Assembly (NCBI GenBank): GCA_036488155.1
Contig: DASXIA010000321.1
Location: 16,023 to 80,022, forward strand
From: Streptosporangiaceae bacterium
GTDB lineage: Bacteria > Actinomycetota > Actinomycetes > Streptosporangiales > Streptosporangiaceae
Length of the DNA: 64,000 nucleotides
Direction of reading: 5' to 3'
Shown here piece after piece: positions 46,633 to 56,055 of this stretch. The notes beneath the pieces were generated by a model. It saw only the letters and a list, made by a program, of their open reading frames with translations. It made no database searches and was not told where the DNA came from. How positions within the stretch are numbered: the first letter of the stretch is position 1; each line of letters starts with the position of its first letter. A program made the position numbers and the translations under genes.

Positions 46633-46805
46633 CGCCGGCGGCTGGGAGTGCGGAAGCGCGCATAACCACGGCCAGAGCTCACCCCCAGACGCCGGTGGCT
46701 GGGCGTGCGGAAGCGGGCGTAACCGTGGCCTACGGTCAGTCCCGCCCAACGCGCCCAATCGGAATGCCGGCGGCTGGGCAGTGCGTAACGGGCGTAAACG
46801 TGGCC
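46631..46805 (+). repeat. Three imperfect ~43-nt direct repeats in the MFS/guaA convergent intergenic region
   Basis: Copies: 46631-46673 GACGCCGGCGGCTGGGAGTGCGGAAGCGCGCATAACCACGGCC; 46688-46730 GACGCCGGTGGCTGGGCGTGCGGAAGCGGGCGTAACCGTGGCC; 46763-46805 AATGCCGGCGGCTGGGCAGTGCGTAACGGGCGTAAACGTGGCC. Spacing between copies is 57 and 75 nt. Confidence 0.8.
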
Positions 46806-46905
46806 CCAGTCACCGCACGGTCAGCGGGCCTCGGGCCGGACCATGGTTGCCGGTGCCGACCTGAGCCAAGCCCGCGGAGCACTGTCCGGCCGTCGGCTGG
46901 AGCTA

Positions 46906-48519
46906 CTACTCCCACTCGATGGTGCCCGGCGGCTTGCTGGTGATATCGAGCACAACCCGGTTAACCTCTGGCACCTCGTTCGTGATCCGGGTCGAGATCG
47001 TGGCCAGCACCTGATCTGGCAACCGGGCCCAGTCCGCCGTCATCGCGTCCTCGCTGGTCACCGGCCTGAGCACGACGGGGTAGCCGTAGCTACGGCCGTC
47101 GCCCTGGACTCCAACGGACCGGATGTCGGCCAGCAGGACCACCGGGCACTGCCAGATCTGCCGGTCCAGGCCCGCCGCGGACAGCTCGGCGCGGGCGATC
47201 GCGTCAGCTGCGGACACGATCGCCAGGCGGTCGGCCGTTACCTCGCCGACGATCCTGATGGCCAGGCCAGGGCCGGGGAACGGCTGCCGCCAGACGATCT
47301 CGTCGGGCAGCCCCAGCTCGGTGCCGACCTGGCGTACTTCATCCTTGAACAGGTCGCGGAGTGGCTCTACCAGCTCAAACTTCAGGTCATCTGGCAGGCC
47401 GCCAACGTTATGGTGCGACTTGATGTTGGCGGCGCCGGTACCGCCGCCAGATTCCACCACGTCCGGGTAGAGCGTCCCCTGGACCAGGAACGTGGCAGCA
47501 TCGCTCTCGCCTGCTATTTCGCGCGCGGCCTGCTCGAACGCCCGGATGAACTCGCGGCCGATGATCTTGCGTTTCTGCTCGGGATCAGCCACCCCGGCCA
47601 GCGCGGCCAGGAAGGCGCCGGCCGCGTCCACGACCTTGAGCTCGACACCGGTGGCTGCGACGAAGTCCTTCTCAACCTGCCCGGCCTCACCCGAACGCAG
47701 CAGCCCGTGGTCGACGAACACGCAGGTCAGCCTGGAACCGATGGCACGCTGCACGAGGGCGGCAGCAACGGCCGAGTCGACGCCGCCGGACAGCCCGCAG
47801 ATCGCGCGACCGTCGCCGACCTGGGCCGCAATCCGCTCGGTTTGCTCCTCGATCACGCCGCGCATGGTCCAGGTCGGCTCGCATCCGGCGGCGTCCAGGA
47901 AGCTGCGGAGCATCGCCATGCCATGCTCGGTGTGCAGGACCTCGGGATGGAACTGCATCCCGTAAAGCTGGCGGTCCGGCGCCTCGGCCGCCGCCACTGG
48001 GGTGCCCGCCGTAGTAGCAGTGATCGTGAATCCGGGCGGCGGGGCGGCGCAGGTGTCACCGTGGGACATCCAGACGCGCTGGTCGCCGGGCAGGCCGCCC
48101 AGCAGTACTCCGGCGTCATTGGCGCTGCGGAGGTCGGTTGCCCCGTACTCCCCCGTTCCCGTATGGACGACCTGTCCGCCGAGATCGCGGACCATGAGCT
48201 GGAACCCGTAGCAGATACCGAGGATCGGGACCCCGGAGCTGAGCAGGCCGGCCGGGGCGGGCGGCGCGCCGGCTGCGTAGACCGAGGACGGCCCGCCGGA
48301 CAGGATGATCGCGGACGGGCGGAGCGCCAGGATCTCCTCGGCACTCATGGAATGTGGCACCACCCGCGAGTAGACGTGGCACTCGCGCACCCGGCGGGCG
48401 ATCAGCTGGGCGTACTGGGCGCCGAAGTCCACCACCAGGACCGGACCAGATTCGAGCCGGGCGGACTCGACACGGGCAGATTCGAGGCTGGCTGCACCGC
48501 CCTGATCTCGACCAGTCAT
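46906..48519 (-). CDS. guaA: GMP synthase (glutamine-hydrolysing)
   Basis: [11 protein letters not shown] (GATase Cys), [10 protein letters not shown] (PP-loop) and the C-terminal ...KPPGTIEWE. Confidence 0.96.
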   Translation of the reverse strand: MTGRDQGGAASLESARVESARLESGPVLVVDFGAQYAQLIARRVRECHVYSRVVPHSMSAEEILALRPSAIILSGGPSSVYAAGAPPAPAGLLSSGVPILGICYGFQLMVRDLGGQVVHTGTGEYGATDLRSANDAGVLLGGLPGDQRVWMSHGDTCAAPPPGFTITATTAGTPVAAAEAPDRQLYGMQFHPEVLHTEHGMAMLRSFLDAAGCEPTWTMRGVIEEQTERIAAQVGDGRAICGLSGGVDSAVAAALVQRAIGSRLTCVFVDHGLLRSGEAGQVEKDFVAATGVELKVVDAAGAFLAALAGVADPEQKRKIIGREFIRAFEQAAREIAGESDAATFLVQGTLYPDVVESGGGTGAANIKSHHNVGGLPDDLKFELVEPLRDLFKDEVRQVGTELGLPDEIVWRQPFPGPGLAIRIVGEVTADRLAIVSAADAIARAELSAAGLDRQIWQCPVVLLADIRSVGVQGDGRSYGYPVVLRPVTSEDAMTADWARLPDQVLATISTRITNEVPEVNRVVLDITSKPPGTIEWE

Positions 48520-48528
48520 GCGACGAGT

Positions 48529-49845
48529 TTAGTTGGCGCTGGCAGCAGCGCCCGGCTCCTCGGTCTCGGCTGGCCCTGCCGGACCGACGAGCACCCTGGA
48601 GATCCGGCGGCCGTCGAGCTGGGTCACCGTCAGCTTGCGGCCCGCCACTTCGGCCGATTCGCCGTTTTCCGGCAGGTGCCCGAGCGCGGCGAGCAGGTAG
48701 CCGGCCACCGTCTCGTACGGTCCTTCAGGCAGTTCCAGGCCGGTTTGCTCGGCGAACTCGTCCAGGTTCAGCAAGCCGTCGACCTCGAGCTCGCCGCCAT
48801 GAAGCTGGCGTGGATGGCTTACTTCTTCGTCATACTCGTCCTGGATGTCGCCAATCAGCTCCTCGACCAGGTCTTCCAGGGTCACGATTCCGGCGGTGCC
48901 GCCGTACTCGTCCACGACGATCGCCAGGTGCGCCCGGTCCCTGCGCATCTCCGACAGGGCGGACAGCACCGTCTTGCTGATCGGCAGGAACTTGACTGGC
49001 CGGCATACCTCGCCGACCTGCCGGGAGCCAAGCTCGGCCCGGCTGTCTAGCAGGTCACGGATGTGGACGAAGCCGATCACGTCGTCGTAGGACTCCTGAT
49101 AAACCGGGAACCTCGAGTACCGGGCATGCTCAGTCGCGGCGACTGCCGCAGACAGGGGCATGGTCGCGGGCAGGAACTCTACCTCCGTGCGCGGTACCAG
49201 GACCTCGCGGATCTGGCGCTTGCCTGCGTCGAAAACCTCACCGACGATGTGCCGCTCGTCCGGGCTGAGCGCCTGGTGGCCGGCCACCAGGTCGCGGAGC
49301 TCCTCGTCGGTCATGACCCCGCGGGCCTCGGCCGGGTTGCCGCCCAGCAGGCGTACCGCCAGGTTCGTCGACTTGGACAGCAGCCAGACCAGCGGCCTGG
49401 CGAGCATCGCCAGGCGGTCAACTACCGGGCCGGCCACTAGGGCGACCCGCTCGTTCCGCTGAAGCGCCAGCCGCTTTGGCGCGAGCTCGCCGAAGACCAG
49501 GGTGAAGAACGAGATGACCAGGGTCACCGCAATCAGGGCGACCGGGTTGGCCACATCCCTGGGCATCAGCTTGCTCAGCTTGTCGGCCAGCCGGTCCGAC
49601 AGCAGCGCCGCGCCGAACGCACCGGACAGCAGCGTCGCCAGAGTGACGCCGATCTGGACCGAGGCCAGGAACCTGTTGGGATCCTGAGCTAGCTTCGCCG
49701 TGCGCTCACCGCGCTTGCCATGCCTGCCGAGCGCGCGAACTTGCCCTTCCCGCAGCGACACCAGCGCCATCTCGGCAGCGGCGAAGAACCCGCCGATCAA
49801 GATCACGGCGAGGACGAGGAGAATATCCCAGCCGACGCCATTCAC
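48529..49845 (-). CDS. CNNM/HlyC-CorC family membrane protein (DUF21 + CBS pair + CorC_HlyC)
   Basis: The N-terminal TM domain FFAAAEMALVSL (DUF21) is followed by a CBS pair and a C-terminal CorC/HlyC transporter-associated domain. It ends 9 nt upstream of guaA. Confidence 0.85.
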   Translation of the reverse strand: MNGVGWDILLVLAVILIGGFFAAAEMALVSLREGQVRALGRHGKRGERTAKLAQDPNRFLASVQIGVTLATLLSGAFGAALLSDRLADKLSKLMPRDVANPVALIAVTLVISFFTLVFGELAPKRLALQRNERVALVAGPVVDRLAMLARPLVWLLSKSTNLAVRLLGGNPAEARGVMTDEELRDLVAGHQALSPDERHIVGEVFDAGKRQIREVLVPRTEVEFLPATMPLSAAVAATEHARYSRFPVYQESYDDVIGFVHIRDLLDSRAELGSRQVGEVCRPVKFLPISKTVLSALSEMRRDRAHLAIVVDEYGGTAGIVTLEDLVEELIGDIQDEYDEEVSHPRQLHGGELEVDGLLNLDEFAEQTGLELPEGPYETVAGYLLAALGHLPENGESAEVAGRKLTVTQLDGRRISRVLVGPAGPAETEEPGAAASAN

Positions 49846-50064
49846 GTCCGGATCCCCGACCCTCGTCGATGTGATTGCGCGAAGCTGCCGTCCCCCGCTC
49901 CTGGCAGCAGCCGGAACTCGGCCGCGCGGTAGTTTGCAATAGTCTATGCAGTCTGCCCGCTGCGGCGGACCGTACTCGCCTAGCCTGTCCGAACGGCACA
50001 GGTAAACGGCCGCAATTACGAAGACTTTTCGGACTCTACAAGTATCGTCGCTTGTGACCGCTCA

Positions 50065-51297
50065 TTGCGTGGAAGGACAGGTGGGCACGTGGCAGGTGTA
50101 CACGACGAGGCGGCGGCGATCGCGACTGAGCTGACGGAGCTCCGCAGGGCAATCCATGCTGAACCGGAAATCGGCCTCGACTTGCCGCGCACTCAGCGCA
50201 AGGTGCTCGACGCCCTGGCCGGACTGCCGCTGGAGATCAGCCTGGGCACGAGCCTGAGCTCTGTCACTGCAGTGCTGCGCGGGGCCAAACCCGGCAAAAC
50301 CGTGCTGCTGCGCGCCGACATGGACGCTCTTCCCGTCACCGAGCGGTCCGGACTGCCATTTGCGTCGAGGATCAACGGCGCCATGCACGCTTGCGGGCAT
50401 GACCTGCACACCGCCATGCTGTGCGGCGCGGCCAGGCTGCTGTCAGCGCACGCCGACGATCTGGCGGGGAACGTTATCTTCATGTTCCAGCCGGGCGAGG
50501 AAGGACCCGGCGGAGGCCGGATCATGGTCTCCGAAGAAGGCGTGCTCGACGCTGCCGGAGACCGGCCGGTCGCGGCATATGCCCTGCACGTCGCGTCCGC
50601 GCTGTTGCCGTACGGACTGCTGGCCAGCCGGCCCGGCACCATCATGGCGGCCGCTGACACCCTCCATGTCACCGTGCACGGTCGCGGCGGACACGGCTCC
50701 CAGCCGCACCGCGCGGCCGACCCGGTGCCGGCCGCGTGCGAGATCGTGCTGGCGTTGCAAACGATGGTGACCCGGCAATTCGACGTGTTCGACCCGGTCG
50801 TGCTGACCGTGGGAACTTTCCACGCTGGCACTGCGGACAACGTGATTCCGGATGAGGCAAATTTCGTCGCCACGGTCCGCTCGTTCTCGCCGCAGGCCCG
50901 TTCGGCCGTGCAGGAGGCCGCGCCCAGGGTGGCTCTGCAGATCGCCGCCGCTCACGGCCTGACCGCCACCGCCGAGTTCCGGGACGGTTACCCGGTCACC
51001 ATCAACGACGCGGCTGAGCTCGCATTCGCCGAGCAGACCGTCGCTGACCTGCTCGGAGACGGCCGGTTCATCACCGCGCCCGACCCGCTGACCGGTTCGG
51101 AGGACTTCTCTTACGTCCTTGAGAAAGTGCCGGGCGCATTCCTGATGCTGGGCGCGTGCCCTCCTGGCACCGATCCGTTCGCTGCGCCGTTCAATCACTC
51201 GGCCGAAGCCGTGTTCGACGATGCCGTGCTGCCGGACGGCACGGCGCTGTACGCCGAGCTTGCCCTGCAGCGCCTGGCCCAGGCCGCGGAAGCCTAG
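50065..51297 (+). CDS. M20D-family amidohydrolase (N-acyl-amino-acid / hippurate hydrolase-like)
   Basis: LRRAIHAEPEIG, LLRADMDALP, MHACGHDLHTAML and FMFQPGEEG. Confidence 0.88.
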   Translation: MRGRTGGHVAGVHDEAAAIATELTELRRAIHAEPEIGLDLPRTQRKVLDALAGLPLEISLGTSLSSVTAVLRGAKPGKTVLLRADMDALPVTERSGLPFASRINGAMHACGHDLHTAMLCGAARLLSAHADDLAGNVIFMFQPGEEGPGGGRIMVSEEGVLDAAGDRPVAAYALHVASALLPYGLLASRPGTIMAAADTLHVTVHGRGGHGSQPHRAADPVPAACEIVLALQTMVTRQFDVFDPVVLTVGTFHAGTADNVIPDEANFVATVRSFSPQARSAVQEAAPRVALQIAAAHGLTATAEFRDGYPVTINDAAELAFAEQTVADLLGDGRFITAPDPLTGSEDFSYVLEKVPGAFLMLGACPPGTDPFAAPFNHSAEAVFDDAVLPDGTALYAELALQRLAQAAEA

Positions 51298-51652
51298 CAC
51301 TCAGCGCGCCGGCTCCGGCGTGCCGGCGTGCCCGTGCGCCGGCGCTGCTCTGCGGGCTAGAGCTTGGTCGCCCGCGGGTTGCACGCTGTGCGTGGGTGCC
51401 ATGGGTGGTGCGGTTAGTTTGGGCCGCGGGAACTGCTCGGCTTCTCCTGGGCCGCGCATGCGGTGCTGGCCTTGGTTCGCGGGTTGTGCGGTGTTCGCGT
51501 GGGCGCTGAGCCTGCGATGGTCCGCGGTCGAGGTGGTGTGCGTCTCGGCGGAGCGGGAAGCGGGGGTCGTTCTGTGTGACGACCAGTGCCCGCGGGATCT
51601 GCGGCGTGTGACCACGACGAGCGCGGAAAATCGGATGATTCCGACAGCTTTT

Positions 51653-51666
51653 ATTGTCTTGACAAT
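51653..51666 (+). promoter_or_regulatory. Perfect palindrome ATTGTCTTGACAAT 28 nt upstream of the ArsR-family gene (candidate auto-operator overlapping a TTGACA -35)
   Basis: A 6-2-6 inverted repeat read from the sequence. A second, weaker TGTCggtGACA lies at 51673-51683. Confidence 0.4.
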
Positions 51667-51693
51667 TAGATTTGTCGGTGACACAGTTGCGGC

Positions 51694-52302
51694 ATGCACG
51701 ATGTCGCAGTGATCGAGGATGCCGCAGCCGCGGAGGTCTCGCTCGATCCGATCCGGGCTCGGATGCTCGCGGAGCTGGCCGAGCCACACACCGCGACCAC
51801 ACTCGCGGCGCGGCTTGGGCTTGCTCGGCAGAAGGTCAACTACCACGTCAAGACCCTTGAGCAGCACGGTCTGGTGGAGTTGGTCGAGGAGCGTCGCAAG
51901 GGCAACATGACCGAGCGGGTCGTGCGGGCTTCCGCCGCGGCCTACGTGATCTCGCCGGCCGCGCTCGCCGCGGTCGCGCCCGATCCGGCCCTGTCGCCCG
52001 ATCGGTTGTCCGCGCGCTGGTTGCTCGCGCTCGCCGCGCGGCTCGTTCGGGAGACGGGCGCGCTCATCAACGGGGCGGCGCGGGCCAACAAGCCGCTCGC
52101 CACGTTCGGGCTCGATGCCGAAGTGCGGTTCGCGAAGCCGGCTGATCGCGCCGCGTGCATAGATGAGCTCGTGGACGCACTCACCGGACTTATCAGTAAA
52201 TATCAAGTCGCAACTGGTCGGCCGCACCGCCTTATCGTCGCGGTGCACCCGAGCATCACCGAAGACGCCGACCCGCCAGCAGAGGAGCAGCAGCACTCAT
52301 GA
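51694..52302 (+). CDS. ArsR/SmtB-family winged-helix transcriptional regulator
   Basis: DPIRARMLAELAEPHTATTLAARLGLARQKVNYHVKTLEQHGLVELVEE. Confidence 0.85.
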   Translation: MHDVAVIEDAAAAEVSLDPIRARMLAELAEPHTATTLAARLGLARQKVNYHVKTLEQHGLVELVEERRKGNMTERVVRASAAAYVISPAALAAVAPDPALSPDRLSARWLLALAARLVRETGALINGAARANKPLATFGLDAEVRFAKPADRAACIDELVDALTGLISKYQVATGRPHRLIVAVHPSITEDADPPAEEQQHS

Positions 52303-53033
52303 CGCATCCATTCGAGGTACGCGAAGAGTTCACCGTCGACGCCACGCCGGACGAGGTGTGGGAGGCGATCGCGTCGGGGCCGGGAGTCGACTCCTGGCTC
52401 ATGGGGCGCACAGAAATCGATAGCGCCAGCAAGACCAGCACGTTCAGCATGTTCGGCGAGGTGTCCACCTCCAGCATCACGGTCTGGGAACCCGGTCGCC
52501 GCTACGCGACGCAGGAGGACAAGAACTCGGACGGCACGTTCATGGCGTTCGAGTGGCTCATCGAGTCGCGCGACGGGGGCGGCGCGGTGGTGCGCGTTGT
52601 GCACAGTGGTCTCCTCGGCGAGAACTGGGAGGCCGAATACAACGGTCTGTCCGTCGGCGACCACGCCTACATGACGAAGCTCGCCGTCTACCTGAAGCAC
52701 TTCGCACCGCGCACTGCGAAGGGCTCGCTGTTTATGCCGGGGCCGATCACCAAGGACTCGTGGGCGGCCATGACGGCGGCGGTCGGGGTCAGCGCAGACG
52801 CGGCGGACGGTCAGCCGGCGCGGCTCAGCGTGCCCGGGATCGAGCCGGTCGACGGCACCGTGGAGTTCGTGGGCTCGCCGAGCTTCGTCGGCATGCGTAC
52901 CGACGACGCGATGTACATGCTGATCCACGGCTACAACGACATGGTCTTCGCGACCGCGCACTACTTCGACGACCGCGACCCGTCGACCGAGACCGAGGCG
53001 TGGCAGAACTGGCTCAGCGGCCTCGCGGCCTGA
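52299..53033 (+). CDS. SRPBCC (Aha1/START-like) domain protein, duplicated domain
   Basis: FTVDATPDEVWEAIASGPGVDSWL... There is a 4-nt overlap with the ArsR gene, which is the common ArsR-SRPBCC pairing. Confidence 0.75.
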   Translation: MTHPFEVREEFTVDATPDEVWEAIASGPGVDSWLMGRTEIDSASKTSTFSMFGEVSTSSITVWEPGRRYATQEDKNSDGTFMAFEWLIESRDGGGAVVRVVHSGLLGENWEAEYNGLSVGDHAYMTKLAVYLKHFAPRTAKGSLFMPGPITKDSWAAMTAAVGVSADAADGQPARLSVPGIEPVDGTVEFVGSPSFVGMRTDDAMYMLIHGYNDMVFATAHYFDDRDPSTETEAWQNWLSGLAA

Positions 53034-53170
53034 TCAACGCACACCGGCCGGTCGGAACTGGATGCTGATCCGGGGCCCGATCGGCCGGTGCGTTTCCGGC
53101 ACCGCGTGCTCCCACCTGCCTGGCAGGGCTGCTGGTCAAGCCTGCAAACGGGCCGCCGTTTGCGCGCTAG

Positions 53171-53208
53171 GCCGGCCGGGTGCGGCAGCGGGCGTAAACG
53201 TTGCCCGC
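53171..53208 (+). repeat. Further copy of the dispersed intergenic repeat (core GGCAGCGGGCGTAAACGT) with a small internal hairpin
   Basis: GCCGGCCGGGTGCGGCAGCGGGCGTAAACGTTGCCCGC. GCGGGC-gtaaacgtt-GCCCGC can pair. It lies in the SRPBCC/mdh convergent intergenic region. Confidence 0.65.
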
Positions 53209-53309
53209 GGCCGTTGTAACGAACCCGCCACGGGCCAGCGGACGCCCGGGTTCGGCGACCTGTGCCAGCCCGCAGAGCACCCGGCCGGCCTAGCGCGCCA
53301 GCAAGCCCG

Positions 53310-54266
53310 TTAGAGGCTCGCGACGTCGGCCTGCTTGGCCCGGACCGCGTCGGCTGCCGCGTGCAGCGAGTTGAGCTCGGTCTCGGTCAGGTCGCGTTCG
53401 ACGACCCGCCGGACGCCCTCCCGGCCGAGCTCCGCCTCGACTCCGAGGTAGACGCCGGAGATGCCGTACTGACCGTCGACCCAGGCGCAAACGGGCATAA
53501 CCGAGCCAGAGTCCTCAGCCACTGCTCTGGCCATCCGGGCCGCAGCGGCCGACGGCGCGTAATAGGCGGAGCCCGTTTTGAGCAGCGCCACGACCTCGGC
53601 GCCGCCGTTGCGAGTGCGGTCCACCAGCTGCTCTATGTCGGCCGCCGGGAGGACGTCGGACAGCGGCTTGCCATCGACCGAGCAGGCCGAGGGCACCGGC
53701 ACCATGGTGTCGCCGTGCGAGCCAAGGGTCAGCGTCTGCACTGAGCCGACCGGAATACCAAGCCGGTCGGCCACGAAGTAGCTGAACCGGGCGGTGTCGA
53801 GCATTCCGGCCTGGCCAATGACGCGGTGCGCCGGGAAACCGGACACCTTCGCGGCGAGCGCGGTCATCTCGTCCAGCGGATTCGAGACGACGATGAGGAC
53901 AGCGTCCGGCGCGTGCTTCACCACCTGCTCGGTAACACTCCGGACGATCTTGGCGTTGACCCCGATCAGGTCCATGCGGCTCATGCCCGGCTTGCGCGGC
54001 AGGCCAGCCGTGATGACGACGATCTGGGAGCCGCCGATCGCCTCGTAGCCCTCCCCGGCCGGCCCGGTCGTCTGGCCGGTGACCTTAGTCTCGAAACCCT
54101 CGATCGGCCGCGACTGGCTCATGTCGAGTGCGAGACCCTCCGGCTTGCCCTCGACGATGTCGGTGAGCACGACCTCATCAAAGATGTCGTACTCGGCCAG
54201 TCGCTGCGCCGTGGTCGAGCCGTAGAAACCGGCGCCGACGACCGTTACCTTCCCTGTGCGGGCCAT
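53310..54266 (-). CDS. mdh: Malate dehydrogenase (LDH-like MDH)
   Basis: KVTVVGAGFYGSTTA, ITAGLPRKPGMSRMDL (Arg at the substrate-specificity position, as in MDH) and VSNPLD. Confidence 0.93.
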   Translation of the reverse strand: MARTGKVTVVGAGFYGSTTAQRLAEYDIFDEVVLTDIVEGKPEGLALDMSQSRPIEGFETKVTGQTTGPAGEGYEAIGGSQIVVITAGLPRKPGMSRMDLIGVNAKIVRSVTEQVVKHAPDAVLIVVSNPLDEMTALAAKVSGFPAHRVIGQAGMLDTARFSYFVADRLGIPVGSVQTLTLGSHGDTMVPVPSACSVDGKPLSDVLPAADIEQLVDRTRNGGAEVVALLKTGSAYYAPSAAAARMARAVAEDSGSVMPVCAWVDGQYGISGVYLGVEAELGREGVRRVVERDLTETELNSLHAAADAVRAKQADVASL

Positions 54267-54332
54267 TGAAGATGTCTCCTTGCGCTGCTGTGGTTCGCGG
54301 ATAGTGCGTTGCGATTGCGTCCGGCCTCGGAG

Positions 54333-55556
54333 TCAGGACGCAGCCATCGCGACGCGGAGGTTCTCGTCGAGGGCGGCGAGGAACTCCTCGGTCGTCAGGA
54401 ACGGCGTATCCTTGCCGACCAGCAGCGCCAGGTCCTTGGTCATCTTGCCGCTCTCGACGGTCTCCACGCAGACCCGCTCCAGCAATTCGGCGAAAGCGGT
54501 GACCTCGGGCGTGCCGTCCAGCTTCCCGCGGTGCGCCAGCCCTCTGGTCCAGGCGAAAATCGACGCGATCGGATTCGTAGAGGTGGGCTTACCCTGCTGG
54601 TGCTGCCGGTAATGCCGGGTCACGGTCCCGTGCGCGGCCTCCGCCTCGACCGTCCTGCCGTCCGGCGTCATCAGCACGCTTGTCATGAGGCCGAGGGAGC
54701 CGAAGCCCTGAGCGACGATGTCGGATTCGACGTCGCCGTCATAGTTTTTGCAGGCCCACACGATCCCACCGTTGCCCTTGATCACCTGGGCGACCATGTC
54801 GTCGATCAGCCGGTGCTCGTAGGTGATCCCGGCAGCCTCGAACTCGGCCTTGAACTCGGCCTCGAAGACCTCGGCAAACAGGTCCTTGAACCGGCCGTCG
54901 TAGGCCTTGAGGATCGTGTTCTTGGTGGACAGGTAGAGAGGAAAGCCGCGGTCGAGCGCGTACCGCATCGTCGCTCGCGCGAAGTCCTGGATCGAGTCGT
55001 CGAAGTTGTACATGCCCATTGCTACGCCGCTGCCGGTGAACTCGGCGACGTCGAACTCGAGCGGGACGGTTTCGCCGTCGGCGGGCACGAACGAGATGCG
55101 GACCGAGCCTGGTCCCGGCACCACGAAGTCGGTCGCCCGGTACTGATCGCCGTGAGCGTGCCTGCCGATCACGATTGGGTCAGTCCAGCCGGGCACGAAC
55201 CGCGGGATGCTGGAGACCACGATCGGCTCGCGGAAGACGACGCCGCCCAGGATGTTCCTGATGGTGCCGTTCGGCGACCGCCACATCCGCTTGAGGCCGA
55301 ACTCGCTTACCCTCGCTTCGTCGGGGGTAATTGTGGCGCACTTGACACCGACGCCGTGCCGCTTAATCGCATTGGCCGCATCGATGGTCACCTGGTCATC
55401 AGTCGCATCGCGATGCTGAATGGACAGGTCGTAATACTCAAGCTCAATATCCAGGTACGGCAGGATCAGCTGGTCCTTGATGAATTTCCAGATGATCCGG
55501 GTCATCTCATCGCCGTCGAGCTCAACGACGGGGTTTAGCACCTTGATCTTTGACAT
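54333..55556 (-). CDS. icd: NADP-dependent isocitrate dehydrogenase (homodimeric, eukaryote-like type)
   Basis: [30 protein letters not shown]..., [11 protein letters not shown] and NYDGDVESD. Confidence 0.95.
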   Translation of the reverse strand: MSKIKVLNPVVELDGDEMTRIIWKFIKDQLILPYLDIELEYYDLSIQHRDATDDQVTIDAANAIKRHGVGVKCATITPDEARVSEFGLKRMWRSPNGTIRNILGGVVFREPIVVSSIPRFVPGWTDPIVIGRHAHGDQYRATDFVVPGPGSVRISFVPADGETVPLEFDVAEFTGSGVAMGMYNFDDSIQDFARATMRYALDRGFPLYLSTKNTILKAYDGRFKDLFAEVFEAEFKAEFEAAGITYEHRLIDDMVAQVIKGNGGIVWACKNYDGDVESDIVAQGFGSLGLMTSVLMTPDGRTVEAEAAHGTVTRHYRQHQQGKPTSTNPIASIFAWTRGLAHRGKLDGTPEVTAFAELLERVCVETVESGKMTKDLALLVGKDTPFLTTEEFLAALDENLRVAMAAS

Positions 55557-55665
55557 TCAGCTGCGTTCCCTTCATCGCGGCGGCCTCGTTACCGCCGCGA
55601 ACCCTGGCCGGGCCCCTAACTTGCCCGGTTTCCGTCCTGCCCGTTCGCGCCTGACCACCCCGGCA

Positions 55666-56055
55666 TCAGCTGCTGACCTTGGCGAACAAGCCTGCGGCCA
55701 GCAGGCCTACGCCGAGTGCGGCCAGTACGGCGACGTCGGCAAGCCGCCGCCGGGACGCAAGCATTCCGGCTCTGCCGTCCGGTAGCACCAGCCTGATCAA
55801 CGACCCTGCCAGCAGGGCTCCGGCTATTACCAACGTACCGCCCTTTACCGCCTGCCCACCGCCACGAGCTGTCGCCAGGCCGGCCACCAGACCGGCCATC
55901 ACAATGCAGTACGGGAGCTGCGCAAGCCAGCGCCGGCCACTGCTTGCCGGTCCGGCTGGCCGCTCCGCCGCTTCCCCGGCCCGGGCCTGGCGTGCGTTGG
56001 CCTTGGCCTGGCGGGCGACCCCCCTGGCGGAATGTTTCACGGCAGCGTGCTTCAC
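55666..56055 (-). CDS. Small membrane protein, DUF3017-like
   Basis: 129 aa with a basic N-terminus and then three to four hydrophobic segments (LPYCIVMAGLVAGLA..., LVIAGALLAGSLIRL, VAVLAALGVGLLAAGL). The start overlaps the citrate synthase stop by 4 nt. The family assignment is from memory only. Confidence 0.45.
   Translation of the reverse strand: MKHAAVKHSARGVARQAKANARQARAGEAAERPAGPASSGRRWLAQLPYCIVMAGLVAGLATARGGGQAVKGGTLVIAGALLAGSLIRLVLPDGRAGMLASRRRLADVAVLAALGVGLLAAGLFAKVSS

Noticed and set aside
45523-46758. 411-aa ORF on the minus strand
   Set aside because: It is antisense to the MFS transporter gene. It is hydrophilic and Arg/Asp/Gly-rich, with no recognisable domain.
46631-46805. 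CRISPR array
   Set aside because: The repeats are imperfect (several mismatches per copy), only three are present, spacing is irregular (57 and 75 nt), and no cas genes are in the window.
46843-49050. 735-aa ORF on the plus strand
   Set aside because: It is antisense to guaA and the CNNM gene, both of which have unmistakable family motifs. The translation is low-complexity and Arg/Gly-rich.
49846-50064. Riboswitch (for example a Mg-sensing M-box) in the 219-bp leader of the CNNM/CorC-guaA operon
   Set aside because: I could not recognise any known riboswitch core sequence by eye. An Rfam cmscan would be needed before making any claim.
54309-55538. 409-aa ORF on the plus strand
   Set aside because: It is antisense to isocitrate dehydrogenase. 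Like the ORFs at 4467-5633, 3384-4307, 28517-29092, 30343-31266 and 51301-52296, it is a shadow ORF.
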